From: a virus
DNA: 64,000 nucleotides
Virus record (IMG/VR): IMGVR_UViG_3300032046_005540
Coordinates: 96,001-160,000 of that record
Reading direction: 5' to 3' (one strand)
A program made the position numbers and the translations under genes. This document shows, piece by piece, positions 46,612-56,897 of the stretch (positions are counted from its first letter, which is position 1; every line of letters begins with the position of its first letter). Under the pieces are notes generated by a model. It searched no databases. It had not been told where the DNA came from and saw only the letters and a program-made list of their open reading frames with translations.

Positions 46612-49319
46612 ACTAACACCTTCCCAGTAATTTCTAACTCTTTTCCTTCTACTGTCAAAATATATATTGTGAATTCTAACTCCGTAGTAGAAATTTCTGT
46701 GATTTCAACTTTTTTAACACTGTCAATCAATTCTCTCGGCGAAAAATAACCGTCTCCAACACCTTTGTTTGCTTCTCTTTTTTGATATTTCATTAAATTA
46801 AAAATAGAATTTAGTAAATCTGATTTTATTATTGGTTTTAAATCATCTATTGGAACTTGTCCTACCCTCTTTTTAAGATTTGCTCCATATTCAGGGTGAA
46901 AAGGATTAAAATCTGTTATTGTAATCTTTTCTAATTCTTGAGCCAATTTTGTTTCATCCCATACTTGAGGAACTAATCCTCCAGCATCAAATTGAATATC
47001 ATAATAAAAACCAGTTCCTAAACATCTAGGACAAGTATTTAAAGTAAATTGACCTCTATTTGGTAAATAATGAGTACAAGGCCATTTTAATTGAGGTTCT
47101 CTATAAGGAGTTCTACGTATTAAAATAGGCCCTATTTTAGGAATACTCCAAGCAAATGGAGGTTCTATAGGTTTTATAAAAACTTCATCACATCCAATAT
47201 CAAATCCAAGTCCCATCGGGCGATTTTGTAAATCATAATCAATATAAACACCTACATTATAAGAAGACCCATCCCAATCTGTCCATTGTATAAGTGCATT
47301 ATCAACACAAGGAGAAAGCACTTTTATATGAAATCCATCTCCTTCAAACAAAGGATTTCCTTCATAAGAATTTAAATCTTGAGATGATCCTGATTGCCAT
47401 AAAGTTAAAGTATCCCAATAGTTTGCTCCTTCATATGCAAATACTTGTCCCACATCTCCATATTGATAAAAGTTACCATCAAAAATACATTCATCAATAG
47501 AACCTGCTGGTATTGAAATAACGGGGTCTGATCCAACGGAAGGAGCACTACTTTCTTTTACACATTTCATTATATTATTTATAACTATATCATACCTACT
47601 ACCATTAAAACAATAACCTCCTACAACTGCTCTTCCATGGGGATGAATAAAAGTATTATGAAAATAAAAATTAGCACAACCATTTGCAGTATACATTGCA
47701 TATCTAGCATAATTTATTGCTCCAAAAAATGGACTCGCCCACGCTACGTTATTAATAAATTTACATCCCCAAACCCCACCACAAAAAAATCCATGATCCA
47801 CTCTACATTGTTCAAATTCTAACCCATGTCCTCCCCAAGATACTACTCCTGCATGTACAGTATCAATATATGTAAAAAAATCATAAAAATAAATATTAGA
47901 AACTCTAATATGGTGTCTTGGCATCGTAAGATAATAAGGGTATTGGGCAGACATATTTAAAAAGAATTTTATTTTTATATCTCCAGGAAGATCTCCAGTA
48001 TAAATTCCTTTTTTATCTCCTACCCACGTGGTATATGATCCTGAAATTGATGCATAAAAGCCTTCATCATATGTTCCAGAACCTATATATACAATATCAT
48101 AAGGGCTAACAGTATCTGTAGCTTTCCTAATAGTTTTCCAAGCATTACTTGGACTTAAACCATCATTTGCATTATCTCCACTTGTTCTTACATAATAAGT
48201 TTTAGTATAAAGTTCTGGAATATCTTGAAATTCATAACATCCTTTACAAACTGAAGATCCAGATCTTAAATTATATTCTATATCAAAATATGGAACAAGA
48301 CCAAATGATCCAGTTGGAGCACCTGTGTTTACACAAGGAGATAAATTAAATAACTTGTACCCAGATGCATTTTGATAAAATCCTCTTAAATATGTCCATC
48401 CTTCTGTAGCATTTCCATCTAATCCTGTATCTGCTTGCCACTGTGTTAAATTTTTTATACCATAACCAAAATTTCCTTCATAATATTCATAATGATTATA
48501 ATCACAATATTGCCAAATTACATTTCCTCCACAGTAATAATTATATACTCCACCACATTTATTACTAAAATTAATGAAAATATTATTAATGCTTGAAACA
48601 TATATTGGATCAGTTGCAGTCATAGCAACCACTCCAGTCACCCCGACCACAGCAGACATTTGCAAAGTGCAATTAATTATTTTTAAATCAATAGCTACAT
48701 GAAAAGAATTGTTATTATTTGAGGAAACACACCCAATAATTTTTTCTGCATAACCCAATAAACAATTTGTAAATTGACCATTGGCATTACCAATACCACT
48801 ACTTTCTGCAATTTTACATTTATCTAAATATCCTATACAATTTCCAGGATTTTTACCAACAGAACTTTCTATATTTACCGAACCTCCATAATAATAAATC
48901 CCTCCAGACCATACACCATAATGTGAAAAAATATCAAAACCCTCAACATTTATAACAGCATCTTGAATTATAACAAAATCAACTTGCACAGGTCCAGGAG
49001 TATCATCTGTAAGCCATTGACAATTTGGATCTGCTAAAAAATAAACAGGAATTGTTGAAAGCCCTCCTTGTTTTGCCCAGATATGGTTTCCTGTAGAACT
49101 ATAAGGATCTTCTCCAGATGTATAAGTTCCAGGACCTACATGAATAGTATCTCCTTCTCTTATAATTCCTGAATAAATTGCTGCATTACACGGAGCAAAT
49201 GTCTGCCAAGCATCGTCTTTACTAGTTCCACTATTTGAATCATTTCCATTTTGTTTAGAAATATACCAATCGGCAGCTATTTCAGCGTTAGAAGTAATAA
49301 TTTGTTGTTTAATAACCAA
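46608..49319 (-). CDS. tandem beta-helix protein fused to a C-terminal gp25-like domain
   Basis: Two G.D.N.G.S...AW.T beta-helix units, each ending SPC...D....R....(D/K)GC.E; then CTH..CPRCLG.G and KLAQELEKITIT..NPFHPEYG. Confidence 0.7.
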   Translation of the reverse strand: MVIKQQIITSNAEIAADWYISKQNGNDSNSGTSKDDAWQTFAPCNAAIYSGIIREGDTIHVGPGTYTSGEDPYSSTGNHIWAKQGGLSTIPVYFLADPNCQWLTDDTPGPVQVDFVIIQDAVINVEGFDIFSHYGVWSGGIYYYGGSVNIESSVGKNPGNCIGYLDKCKIAESSGIGNANGQFTNCLLGYAEKIIGCVSSNNNNSFHVAIDLKIINCTLQMSAVVGVTGVVAMTATDPIYVSSINNIFINFSNKCGGVYNYYCGGNVIWQYCDYNHYEYYEGNFGYGIKNLTQWQADTGLDGNATEGWTYLRGFYQNASGYKLFNLSPCVNTGAPTGSFGLVPYFDIEYNLRSGSSVCKGCYEFQDIPELYTKTYYVRTSGDNANDGLSPSNAWKTIRKATDTVSPYDIVYIGSGTYDEGFYASISGSYTTWVGDKKGIYTGDLPGDIKIKFFLNMSAQYPYYLTMPRHHIRVSNIYFYDFFTYIDTVHAGVVSWGGHGLEFEQCRVDHGFFCGGVWGCKFINNVAWASPFFGAINYARYAMYTANGCANFYFHNTFIHPHGRAVVGGYCFNGSRYDIVINNIMKCVKESSAPSVGSDPVISIPAGSIDECIFDGNFYQYGDVGQVFAYEGANYWDTLTLWQSGSSQDLNSYEGNPLFEGDGFHIKVLSPCVDNALIQWTDWDGSSYNVGVYIDYDLQNRPMGLGFDIGCDEVFIKPIEPPFAWSIPKIGPILIRRTPYREPQLKWPCTHYLPNRGQFTLNTCPRCLGTGFYYDIQFDAGGLVPQVWDETKLAQELEKITITDFNPFHPEYGANLKKRVGQVPIDDLKPIIKSDLLNSIFNLMKYQKREANKGVGDGYFSPRELIDSVKKVEITEISTTELEFTIYILTVEGKELEITGKVLV

Positions 49320-49328
49320 AGTATCTCC

Positions 49329-49847
49329 TTACATCACATTTAAAAGTTCAATCCAGCGATCTATTAAAGCTAATCGAGCCGTTAATTGTTGTTGTGCCCT
49401 TGTTGATAAATTTAAAGCCGCATTCGCACTGTTCAGGCGATAGTGTATTTCTGATAAAATATCCTCCACATCTGAGAATCCTTCTATCCTTAATCCAGAA
49501 ACTCCTGCTCCTTTAATCATACTTCGTAACAATTCTTGTAGTTGTGGGCAGTTTTGTACTACATCTCCGAAATGAGTTACATTAATTATATTTTTCACTG
49601 CTCCTAATTTATTGCCAACTGCAACAAACAAATTGTTAAATTTTTCCGAAAGCATATTATTTCTCTGAATTTGAAAAGCCAATTTGTTTACTTTTAGTTC
49701 TAACAAACTTCTTTGCTGTTGCAAAAATAGTTTCAAAGCATTTCGAACAGGATAAGATAAAGATAAAAGGGCAACAAGGAAACAAGTAGAAAATCCTGTT
49801 TTTTTATGAAGTTCATCGACTAATTCCTGTGTTATAGTATCAATCAT
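49329..49847 (-). CDS. hypothetical helical protein in the baseplate cluster
   Basis: 172-aa ORF with coiled-coil character. Confidence 0.55.
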   Translation of the reverse strand: MIDTITQELVDELHKKTGFSTCFLVALLSLSYPVRNALKLFLQQQRSLLELKVNKLAFQIQRNNMLSEKFNNLFVAVGNKLGAVKNIINVTHFGDVVQNCPQLQELLRSMIKGAGVSGLRIEGFSDVEDILSEIHYRLNSANAALNLSTRAQQQLTARLALIDRWIELLNVM

Positions 49848-49877
49848 TTTTTTCCTAAATTTTTTATTTGTTTATTT

Positions 49878-50984
49878 TTATATTACAATTCTTAACTCAT
49901 TTTTTACTTCTTCTGCATTATTCAAAATATCATCTTCCCAAAACCTTAATAAAACAAATCCACTATCTTTTGCTACCTTATTTTTAATAAAATCTCTTTG
50001 TTTTATTTCTTTTTGCCTTTCATTTAATTTACTAAACTTTTTAGGATTCCCATGCCAGTAGTCTCCATCTACTTCTACCAAAATGTTTGAATTACTAATA
50101 TAAAAATCAAATGAATATCCTTTCAAACGATATTGATGTTCAAAGGGAATGTTTAATTCATTAAGAATCTCTTTCATTTTAAGTTCTGGTTTAGTATCTT
50201 TAAAAGGACCTTTATACTTTTTTATATTTTGTGCTCCTATTTCTTTATACGTCCTTAAAACATACCCATTTCTTTTAACAACACTTGTTATCGTAGCATT
50301 ACCACAACTCCACTTTTGTGCTAAAGTAGTAGTGCTTGGCTTCTCTTCTGAAAAATATTCATTACAAATTTCTACTTCTTGTTCTTTTGAAAATTTATGT
50401 TTCTTTTGTTTTGTTTCCTCAGAAAATTTTCTACCTGTTAATGTTTTACTTATTTTTTCTTTTGTAACATTGAGCATAGGGTTATGTTTTTTACCTTTAG
50501 TTGAATTACTTACTTTTTTTACTCTTTCATCAGTTTCTTTAGTAAGGTCTTTATTCCAAGCTTTACGTCCCATACAAGATATACTTAAATTATTTCTTTG
50601 TTCTTCAGAACGTTTTTGTCCTTTAAGTTTATCACTTCCTCTTCTTACTCTTTCATCTGTTTCTTTTGTTAATCCAATATTCCAAGCTTTTTGACCTTTG
50701 TGACATTCACTACTATTTCTTAATTTATATCCATTCTTTTTAATGATATTACTTATAGTTACATTACTACAATTCCATTTTTTAGCTAAAACATATGTGT
50801 TTACTTTTTTATCAGAAAAATATTCAGCACAAATTTGCAATTCTTGCTCTTTTGTAAATGTACAAAGGTTTCTTTTATGTTCTTCAGAAAGAGGAATATT
50901 CTTATTCCAGGCTTTTTGACCTTTATGTGATATACTTGATTTTCTTTTATGTTCTTCAGTTTGTTTATACCCTTTTATAAACAT
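49878..50984 (-). CDS. free-standing endonuclease: NUMOD3/HTH repeats + DUF559/Vsr-like domain
   Basis: EEHKRK, AWNKDLTKETDERV, GPFKDTKPELKM, VEVDGDYWH, LLRFWE. Confidence 0.82.
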   Translation of the reverse strand: MFIKGYKQTEEHKRKSSISHKGQKAWNKNIPLSEEHKRNLCTFTKEQELQICAEYFSDKKVNTYVLAKKWNCSNVTISNIIKKNGYKLRNSSECHKGQKAWNIGLTKETDERVRRGSDKLKGQKRSEEQRNNLSISCMGRKAWNKDLTKETDERVKKVSNSTKGKKHNPMLNVTKEKISKTLTGRKFSEETKQKKHKFSKEQEVEICNEYFSEEKPSTTTLAQKWSCGNATITSVVKRNGYVLRTYKEIGAQNIKKYKGPFKDTKPELKMKEILNELNIPFEHQYRLKGYSFDFYISNSNILVEVDGDYWHGNPKKFSKLNERQKEIKQRDFIKNKVAKDSGFVLLRFWEDDILNNAEEVKNELRIVI

Positions 50985-50996
50985 ATGTCTTTCCTA

Positions 50997-52094
50997 TCAT
51001 TCTAACTTAACTTTTGTAGATATTTCATTAATAGATTGTTGAACTGGAACACCAGTAAATCCTGAAGCTGGGTCAGGATGTGTATGCCCATTATAAGTAG
51101 TTATAAAATCTGAAAGAACCACAGCCTTTTCGTTTCCTGCTCCCCCCAACAATATATTATCACAAACTACTTTTAGTTTTTTATCATTTGCAAGTGACAT
51201 GGAAACATTCCCTTCCTTGTCTACTGTAAATTCAAATCCTATAGTGCTTTTGGTTCTTATTTGAATACATATTTCGTTTCCAGATTCTGCGTGGTTGTCA
51301 GTGGTTTCTTCCGGTGAATATACAGTATTTAACCCAGAACCAGTCCTTTTAATTTTCGTTCCTAGAATAACTTCAACAAATGGATTATCTACTTCAGGAG
51401 CTGTAGTAGGATCTACATCTGCTGTTTCCAAAACTCTTAATCTAAATTCTGTAAATGCTTTACCTCCATTTAAAATAGAAGTATTATTCCTTGTAACTAA
51501 AACCATTTCTGAATTCTGAGTAGGATCTGGATATGTAGGCATTTCCCGTTTCACTAAACCAAAATCAAGAACTCCAGCTTCAGTAGTACATTGATAAGTC
51601 ATACTATTTTGATGAATTACATTATCAGTAGGATCTAATTCCCACCAATCTCCAGTTCCGTCTCGAAAAACAATTTTCCCAGAGTTTGACATATAAATTT
51701 CAGATCCTGTAGGAATAGGAATAGGAAATTGTTGATTTTGATCCGTTTCAAAACCAGAATAACTTCTCCAAAGTTTTTCTCCTGGTTGTAATTGTTTAGC
51801 CTCTCCTGCTTGAACTTGTTTAGCATACCCTATAGGCATATATCTATCAATTTCAGGAATATCTCCTTCTCTCATCGCAACAAGTATAACTGCTCCTGGA
51901 ACTGGAAAATCAAAAGAACCAAATGCTGCTTGACTTATAACAATATTATCTCTTCCACTTGGATGATCTAACCATTTAATAGCAACAGTCCCTTTTTCAG
52001 CATTTACACTTGTTATAACTGCAAGACGATGATATGGAGTTCTAGATAGTAAATGTCCACCAAAAGGTCTCTCATTTGGAAAGTATCTCCTCAT
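50997..52094 (-). CDS. baseplate central spike (gpV/gp5-like)
   Basis: N-terminal OB-fold (A.ITSVN..KGTV.I...P.PG..V), C-terminal YNGHTH metal-binding tip motif. Confidence 0.75.
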   Translation of the reverse strand: MRRYFPNERPFGGHLLSRTPYHRLAVITSVNAEKGTVAIKWLDHPSGRDNIVISQAAFGSFDFPVPGAVILVAMREGDIPEIDRYMPIGYAKQVQAGEAKQLQPGEKLWRSYSGFETDQNQQFPIPIPTGSEIYMSNSGKIVFRDGTGDWWELDPTDNVIHQNSMTYQCTTEAGVLDFGLVKREMPTYPDPTQNSEMVLVTRNNTSILNGGKAFTEFRLRVLETADVDPTTAPEVDNPFVEVILGTKIKRTGSGLNTVYSPEETTDNHAESGNEICIQIRTKSTIGFEFTVDKEGNVSMSLANDKKLKVVCDNILLGGAGNEKAVVLSDFITTYNGHTHPDPASGFTGVPVQQSINEISTKVKLE

Positions 52095-54472
52095 GACTTA
52101 ACTCCTCCCCCTCTTATAGTTAACTTTGCTTTAGTATAAGGTTCTGGATCTACAAAACCTGTTTCTCCTCGAACCATACAATATCTCAAAGGGTCTTTTC
52201 CTTCTACATAACCTATAGGTTGATATTTAGAAATTTCATCTTCTACAGAAACATTAAGTGAGACCAATCCATAATAATGTGTTTCGTATTGACCACCTTT
52301 AGATTTTATTTTCACAAAATCTGCATCGCTTTCTATAACAATTCCATTATGAGTTGCATATACTTCAGCTTGTTTTACTTTTAAAGTCGGATTTGTTAAT
52401 TTTAAAGAGCTTAAATCTATTCCGTTAGGTAATTGTTCATTTTCTCCCGAACTATTAACTCTATATCTTGTTTGCCCTGGATAAGAAGTTTCAACCTTAT
52501 TATTATTGGAAGCACCAAAAGGCCAAATAAGAGGATCATCTTTACTACTTTTTGAAGTAACTGCTGCATGAACAGCTGTTGATTCCATAGTAACATTTCT
52601 TCTTCCAACTTCTCCATCAGTAGCAGAATATCGAGTATACGCTAAAGTTTCTGGAAGACGTTCCCAAGGCTTTCTTCCATAAGTTAATCCTAAAGTTGTA
52701 GTAAATGTTTCACCAAAAGCAAAATTATGAGTTATTGAATGAACATAATATATCATATTACGAAAAGGTATATATACTGGCATTGCCATTCTTATTTCAG
52801 GTCTTCCAACTATTGTAATAGTTCCAGTTCTTCTTTCCGCAAATGTTCTAAAAAGTAATGATTGTGCATAATAATAACAATCAGCAGCAGTTCTTACAAA
52901 TGGATGACTTACCGTAAGCATTCTTCTACCATATTTAAAAATAAGTCCAGAATCCTCATAAAAATTTACATAATTAAAAGGATATTGGACTCCTTCAATC
53001 ATATCCATCTGCCCTACAACTAAAATAGAAGTAATTAAAGATTCATCACTTTCGGTATTCCCCCAACTAAGAATATCTTCATTTCTCAAAATATAAACTT
53101 CCGGTATATCTTCAGTAAGTATATGTCTATTATCAAATCTTGGTTGATGATACCAAATATCTCCATTAGCATCAGCATAAAATTCAAAATTAGATGTTTT
53201 TGCTATTTCATAAATAATTTCTAAATGAGTTCTATATTCATTATCATAACTATCATAAGTAGTTCTAGCAAATCTTTTATAAGGAGTCTTTTGTAATTCT
53301 CCCATATCAGAATATTCTTGCTTTTCCATAGGAATTTGAATATGTATTCTTGATTTCTGAAACAACTTATCCAAATCAGATACATCTTCACTTACAACAA
53401 TTCCTTCTTTAGTATTTTCAAAAGTAAGAGGACTAAGAATAGGAGTTTTTCCTCTAACTGAAGTAAAAAGTAAAGAAGACTCAGGACTTAACATAGGATT
53501 AAATTCAAATTCGCCAACTCCCCTCACTTTTAAACCTTCTGCGTCAATTCCCCCTAAAACTAAAAGTTTAATAATCTGCCAAGGTTCCATACCAGTAAAA
53601 CGCTTCGACCACATTCTCATAGTATCAGCACCAGCATCTGGAAGACCTTCAGTAAGAGTTGAAGGATTTACATTAGCATAAGTCATTTTTAACCATTTAG
53701 TAACATCTTCTCCAGAAATTGTTATTTTTGAAAAATTTTCAGAGTATTCATCACTAATTGAATTTACAATTCCAGTAAAAGCAACAATATATTCATAAGG
53801 AATGCTTTCATTATAAAATCTTCGAGAAAATAAAACTACAACCCGATCCATAGGACTAAAAACACATCTTCCCTGATCCACCATTCCTTCATATTTTTCA
53901 TAAAAATCTAAATTTGGACGAGAGTCTTTAACAACAGAGTCAAGATCCGTTCCTGTTAACTCAACAAAAGTATCAACACTTTCTAATTGTTCTTTTGCAT
54001 GTTCTTCTAACCATTCTTTATTTTGAGCTTTTTTCCAATAACCAATAAGACCATCTTTTTTATTTTGATATCTTTCTAAAATACAAACATCTCCATTAGG
54101 TAAAAGAAAAAATCTCTTAAACTCTTCGTGATTTAACCACTCTAAAGCATTTTTATAAGGATAAGAAGATTTTAATGAAACTGATTTTTTTCCATATATA
54201 TCTAAAGGAGGATCATTTAAATTTTTAATTTCAAAATCAAGATCATCTTTTATAAAATATCTTTCGTTTTTGTTATTTAAAGTAATACTAAATGTTCCTG
54301 GTTGAGAAGTAATATTTAAAGTAGTATTAATACTAATAATATCACTTATATCCGGAGCGACAATTTTTTTAGCCTCTCTTAACTTTCCGGAGCCAGTCCA
54401 TTTTTCATCTAAAAAATAAACAAGAGCTTTTGGAAAATAATGATTAATTCTATGTTTAGTTTCATCTATCAT
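52091..54472 (-). CDS. baseplate hub protein (gp27/gpD-like) with C-terminal degenerate M23 domain
   Basis: PGTFSITL.N, FTGIV..I, ISGED..K.L, FEFYAD.NG.I....P, G.ITI.GRPEIR..P, FTTTL.L.YGR; tail WP...GIDL...VYATHNG.V...IG.V. Confidence 0.75.
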   Translation of the reverse strand: MIDETKHRINHYFPKALVYFLDEKWTGSGKLREAKKIVAPDISDIISINTTLNITSQPGTFSITLNNKNERYFIKDDLDFEIKNLNDPPLDIYGKKSVSLKSSYPYKNALEWLNHEEFKRFFLLPNGDVCILERYQNKKDGLIGYWKKAQNKEWLEEHAKEQLESVDTFVELTGTDLDSVVKDSRPNLDFYEKYEGMVDQGRCVFSPMDRVVVLFSRRFYNESIPYEYIVAFTGIVNSISDEYSENFSKITISGEDVTKWLKMTYANVNPSTLTEGLPDAGADTMRMWSKRFTGMEPWQIIKLLVLGGIDAEGLKVRGVGEFEFNPMLSPESSLLFTSVRGKTPILSPLTFENTKEGIVVSEDVSDLDKLFQKSRIHIQIPMEKQEYSDMGELQKTPYKRFARTTYDSYDNEYRTHLEIIYEIAKTSNFEFYADANGDIWYHQPRFDNRHILTEDIPEVYILRNEDILSWGNTESDESLITSILVVGQMDMIEGVQYPFNYVNFYEDSGLIFKYGRRMLTVSHPFVRTAADCYYYAQSLLFRTFAERRTGTITIVGRPEIRMAMPVYIPFRNMIYYVHSITHNFAFGETFTTTLGLTYGRKPWERLPETLAYTRYSATDGEVGRRNVTMESTAVHAAVTSKSSKDDPLIWPFGASNNNKVETSYPGQTRYRVNSSGENEQLPNGIDLSSLKLTNPTLKVKQAEVYATHNGIVIESDADFVKIKSKGGQYETHYYGLVSLNVSVEDEISKYQPIGYVEGKDPLRYCMVRGETGFVDPEPYTKAKLTIRGGGVKS

Positions 54473-56029
54473 TTATAAATTTACCTCAAACTTTTGGCCT
54501 TTGTCATTATACATTATATATGATTTTTTTCTCATATTTAAACTACTAATTTTTAGATTACTTAATTCATCAAAAAAAGAAGCATCAAAATCTATTATCA
54601 AATAATCTCCATACTTACCCCCAAGTGAATGAGCGGTATTTATTACTTGATCTATTGCAATCATTTTCTCTTGAGGAGTTTTAGCTTGTTCTAACATATT
54701 TTTAAATTTTTTAAACAATTGAACTCTACTTCCTTTCCAGTAACCTAAAGTAGTCAAAAATCCAGAAATTACTCGATCAAGAAGTTCTTCGTCATAAATA
54801 CCTTTTGCTTCTTGAATATATAATCTTCTTACTTCTTGTTTTGTAACATAAACCCAAGAACCAAGGGGTGGAGAGTTAGGATCAATATTTTCTTCACCAT
54901 TTGCTTTTTTCCTCATATTTAAACTAAATGATATTCCTTCCAATTCTTTTACTCTTTCTTTAGCTTCTCTACGAACATTGGGATCTGGATCTTTTGTTAA
55001 TTCTTCTAATGTTATTGGAAAAGTTCCCCGGTTAGTAGCAACCCGATAACGAATTTCAGGATCTGGATTTTTAGCAAGTTCTGCTAAAGCTTCAGGAGGA
55101 GTAGAAGGATTATAGGCAATATTCATAAGGATATTTTCATTTTTATCTTTTGCAAGTTCTGCTAAAGCTTCAGGAGGAGTAGAAGGATTATAGGCAACAA
55201 ACCAACGAATATAATAATCTTTATTTTTTGATAATTCAGCTAAAATTTCTGGAGGTGTTGTAAGACTTTCTGCAACACTCCAACGAACATCTTCATCTTC
55301 ATCTTTTGCTAATTCTCTAAATACTTCAAGAAAAGCATTAGGACTTTTTACTAATTTTATTTTCTCAGATTCAGGTATAGTTAAATATTCTTCTGGGGCT
55401 ACAACTTCCTGACCTCTTATTTGTAAATCTTCTGTTACAAACTTTTGAATATCAGAAGAAAGATATGGAATTAGTTGTTCTGGAGTAGCTTGGGCTTTAA
55501 TATTTAAAGCATCTGAAAACCATTTTTCAACTTTAGGAAAATCGTGAAAAATTAGCCCCTTACTATGTTCAATGTCATTAATGTGATCTATTATAATTAT
55601 AAGTTGTTTAGTATCAGCCGTATTAATTAGTTGAATTAAAGATTCAGTAATATCTTCCCAAGCAAAACCCCAAAATCCTTTTTTCCATCTTCCCGTTTTA
55701 TATATATAAGCAATTTGCTCTAAAGTTAAATCTTTAATTTTTATATTTCGATGTATAAGATCCTTCAATTCAAATCCAAGTTCTTTTTTCCAATTTTTTT
55801 GACCACCAACTAAATAAGTTTCAAACCACTTTTCTAATTCAGCATAAACCATTTTTGTAATTAAAGGAACATATTCTTCTTTTACTTGCTGAACAATCAT
55901 ATCTTTATATTCTTTAGCATAAGGATTTTGTTCTAAATATTGAGCAGAAAGAAGGCTAACACCATAAAAATCAAAAAATAGTTGTTTATCAAGTTGAGAG
56001 GTTTTACGAAAACTTAATGAATATAACAT
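54473..56029 (-). CDS. HEAT/LRV-repeat modular protein
   Basis: About five 26-aa repeats VAxNPSTPPExLxELAKD. Confidence 0.7.
   Translation of the reverse strand: MLYSLSFRKTSQLDKQLFFDFYGVSLLSAQYLEQNPYAKEYKDMIVQQVKEEYVPLITKMVYAELEKWFETYLVGGQKNWKKELGFELKDLIHRNIKIKDLTLEQIAYIYKTGRWKKGFWGFAWEDITESLIQLINTADTKQLIIIIDHINDIEHSKGLIFHDFPKVEKWFSDALNIKAQATPEQLIPYLSSDIQKFVTEDLQIRGQEVVAPEEYLTIPESEKIKLVKSPNAFLEVFRELAKDEDEDVRWSVAESLTTPPEILAELSKNKDYYIRWFVAYNPSTPPEALAELAKDKNENILMNIAYNPSTPPEALAELAKNPDPEIRYRVATNRGTFPITLEELTKDPDPNVRREAKERVKELEGISFSLNMRKKANGEENIDPNSPPLGSWVYVTKQEVRRLYIQEAKGIYDEELLDRVISGFLTTLGYWKGSRVQLFKKFKNMLEQAKTPQEKMIAIDQVINTAHSLGGKYGDYLIIDFDASFFDELSNLKISSLNMRKKSYIMYNDKGQKFEVNL
55074..55197 (-). 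repeat. exact 46-bp direct repeat (55074-55119 / 55152-55197), 78-bp period
   Basis: gcaagttctgctaaagcttcaggaggagtagaaggattataggcaa occurs twice (AYNPSTPPEALAELA). Confidence 0.9.
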
Positions 56030-56038
56030 TTTATCCTC

Positions 56039-56875
56039 CTAATCACTTTTTCTTTCTCCTTCAGCAAGTTGACGTAAATATTTCAAAGTATCCGCATTAC
56101 GAACAAGAGTTTGCTGTATTTCTTGTTGAGCTCTACTAACAGAAGTTGCTTCATATTCTACTGCAAATTCTACTCTATATTCAAACTGAAAAGGTTTTTC
56201 TCCAACTTCTTCATATCCAAAACTTCTTAAGTGCCCTACAAAAATATTTCCTCTATATTCTAACCCTAACATTTGCATAAAACCAAGTTCTTGTTGAGTT
56301 TGATCTTCTTCATATAATATTTCAAAATCTTTAAATATCCTATAAGCTTCAGAATTATCTTCTGTTGGACTTGGAATATCGGTTATTGATTGAACATTTT
56401 CTGGAGGAGTCGGAGTTACATTTCCAGTCGTTCCTCCAAACGCAATAGTAGATATATCTGGTCCCCAATGTTGAAATTCAAAACCACCTCTAGTTCTTAT
56501 TTTAGTAATTAATTTATTTTTTGCAATGCTAATATTTCGAGGATTTATGTGAAAAGTAAAATATGCCTTGGCCCCAACATTTTCTTCTTTCTCTTTTCCC
56601 ATTACATCAAATCTTTCACTATTTCTTATAATAAAAGGAGTATTTTTTTCATCAACATCTCTATAAACTCTATAAACCATACCAGCATCTACTTTTTTAG
56701 TTAAATCAGTATCATCATTAATTTTTTCCATTGATCCTTCAATAATATATTCTGCTCCTCTTGGAAATAATGGATTACTTCGAGTGGCTACATTTATATA
56801 TCCAGAAACCGTTGCTCCTTTTTCTTCCCTTACTTTATTTAATTTCCAAATTCTTATAATTTCTCTTTTTCCCAT
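56039..56875 (-). CDS. tail tube initiator / baseplate-tube junction protein (putative)
   Basis: F.INP.NI....K......TRGG...HWG.D...I.F.GTTG, F.G....F...E....PF.F.Y...F.V; follows the tape measure gene. Confidence 0.65.
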   Translation of the reverse strand: MGKREIIRIWKLNKVREEKGATVSGYINVATRSNPLFPRGAEYIIEGSMEKINDDTDLTKKVDAGMVYRVYRDVDEKNTPFIIRNSERFDVMGKEKEENVGAKAYFTFHINPRNISIAKNKLITKIRTRGGFEFQHWGPDISTIAFGGTTGNVTPTPPENVQSITDIPSPTEDNSEAYRIFKDFEILYEEDQTQQELGFMQMLGLEYRGNIFVGHLRSFGYEEVGEKPFQFEYRVEFAVEYEATSVSRAQQEIQQTLVRNADTLKYLRQLAEGERKSD

Positions 56876-56897
56876 AAATTACCTTTCATTTACTTTT

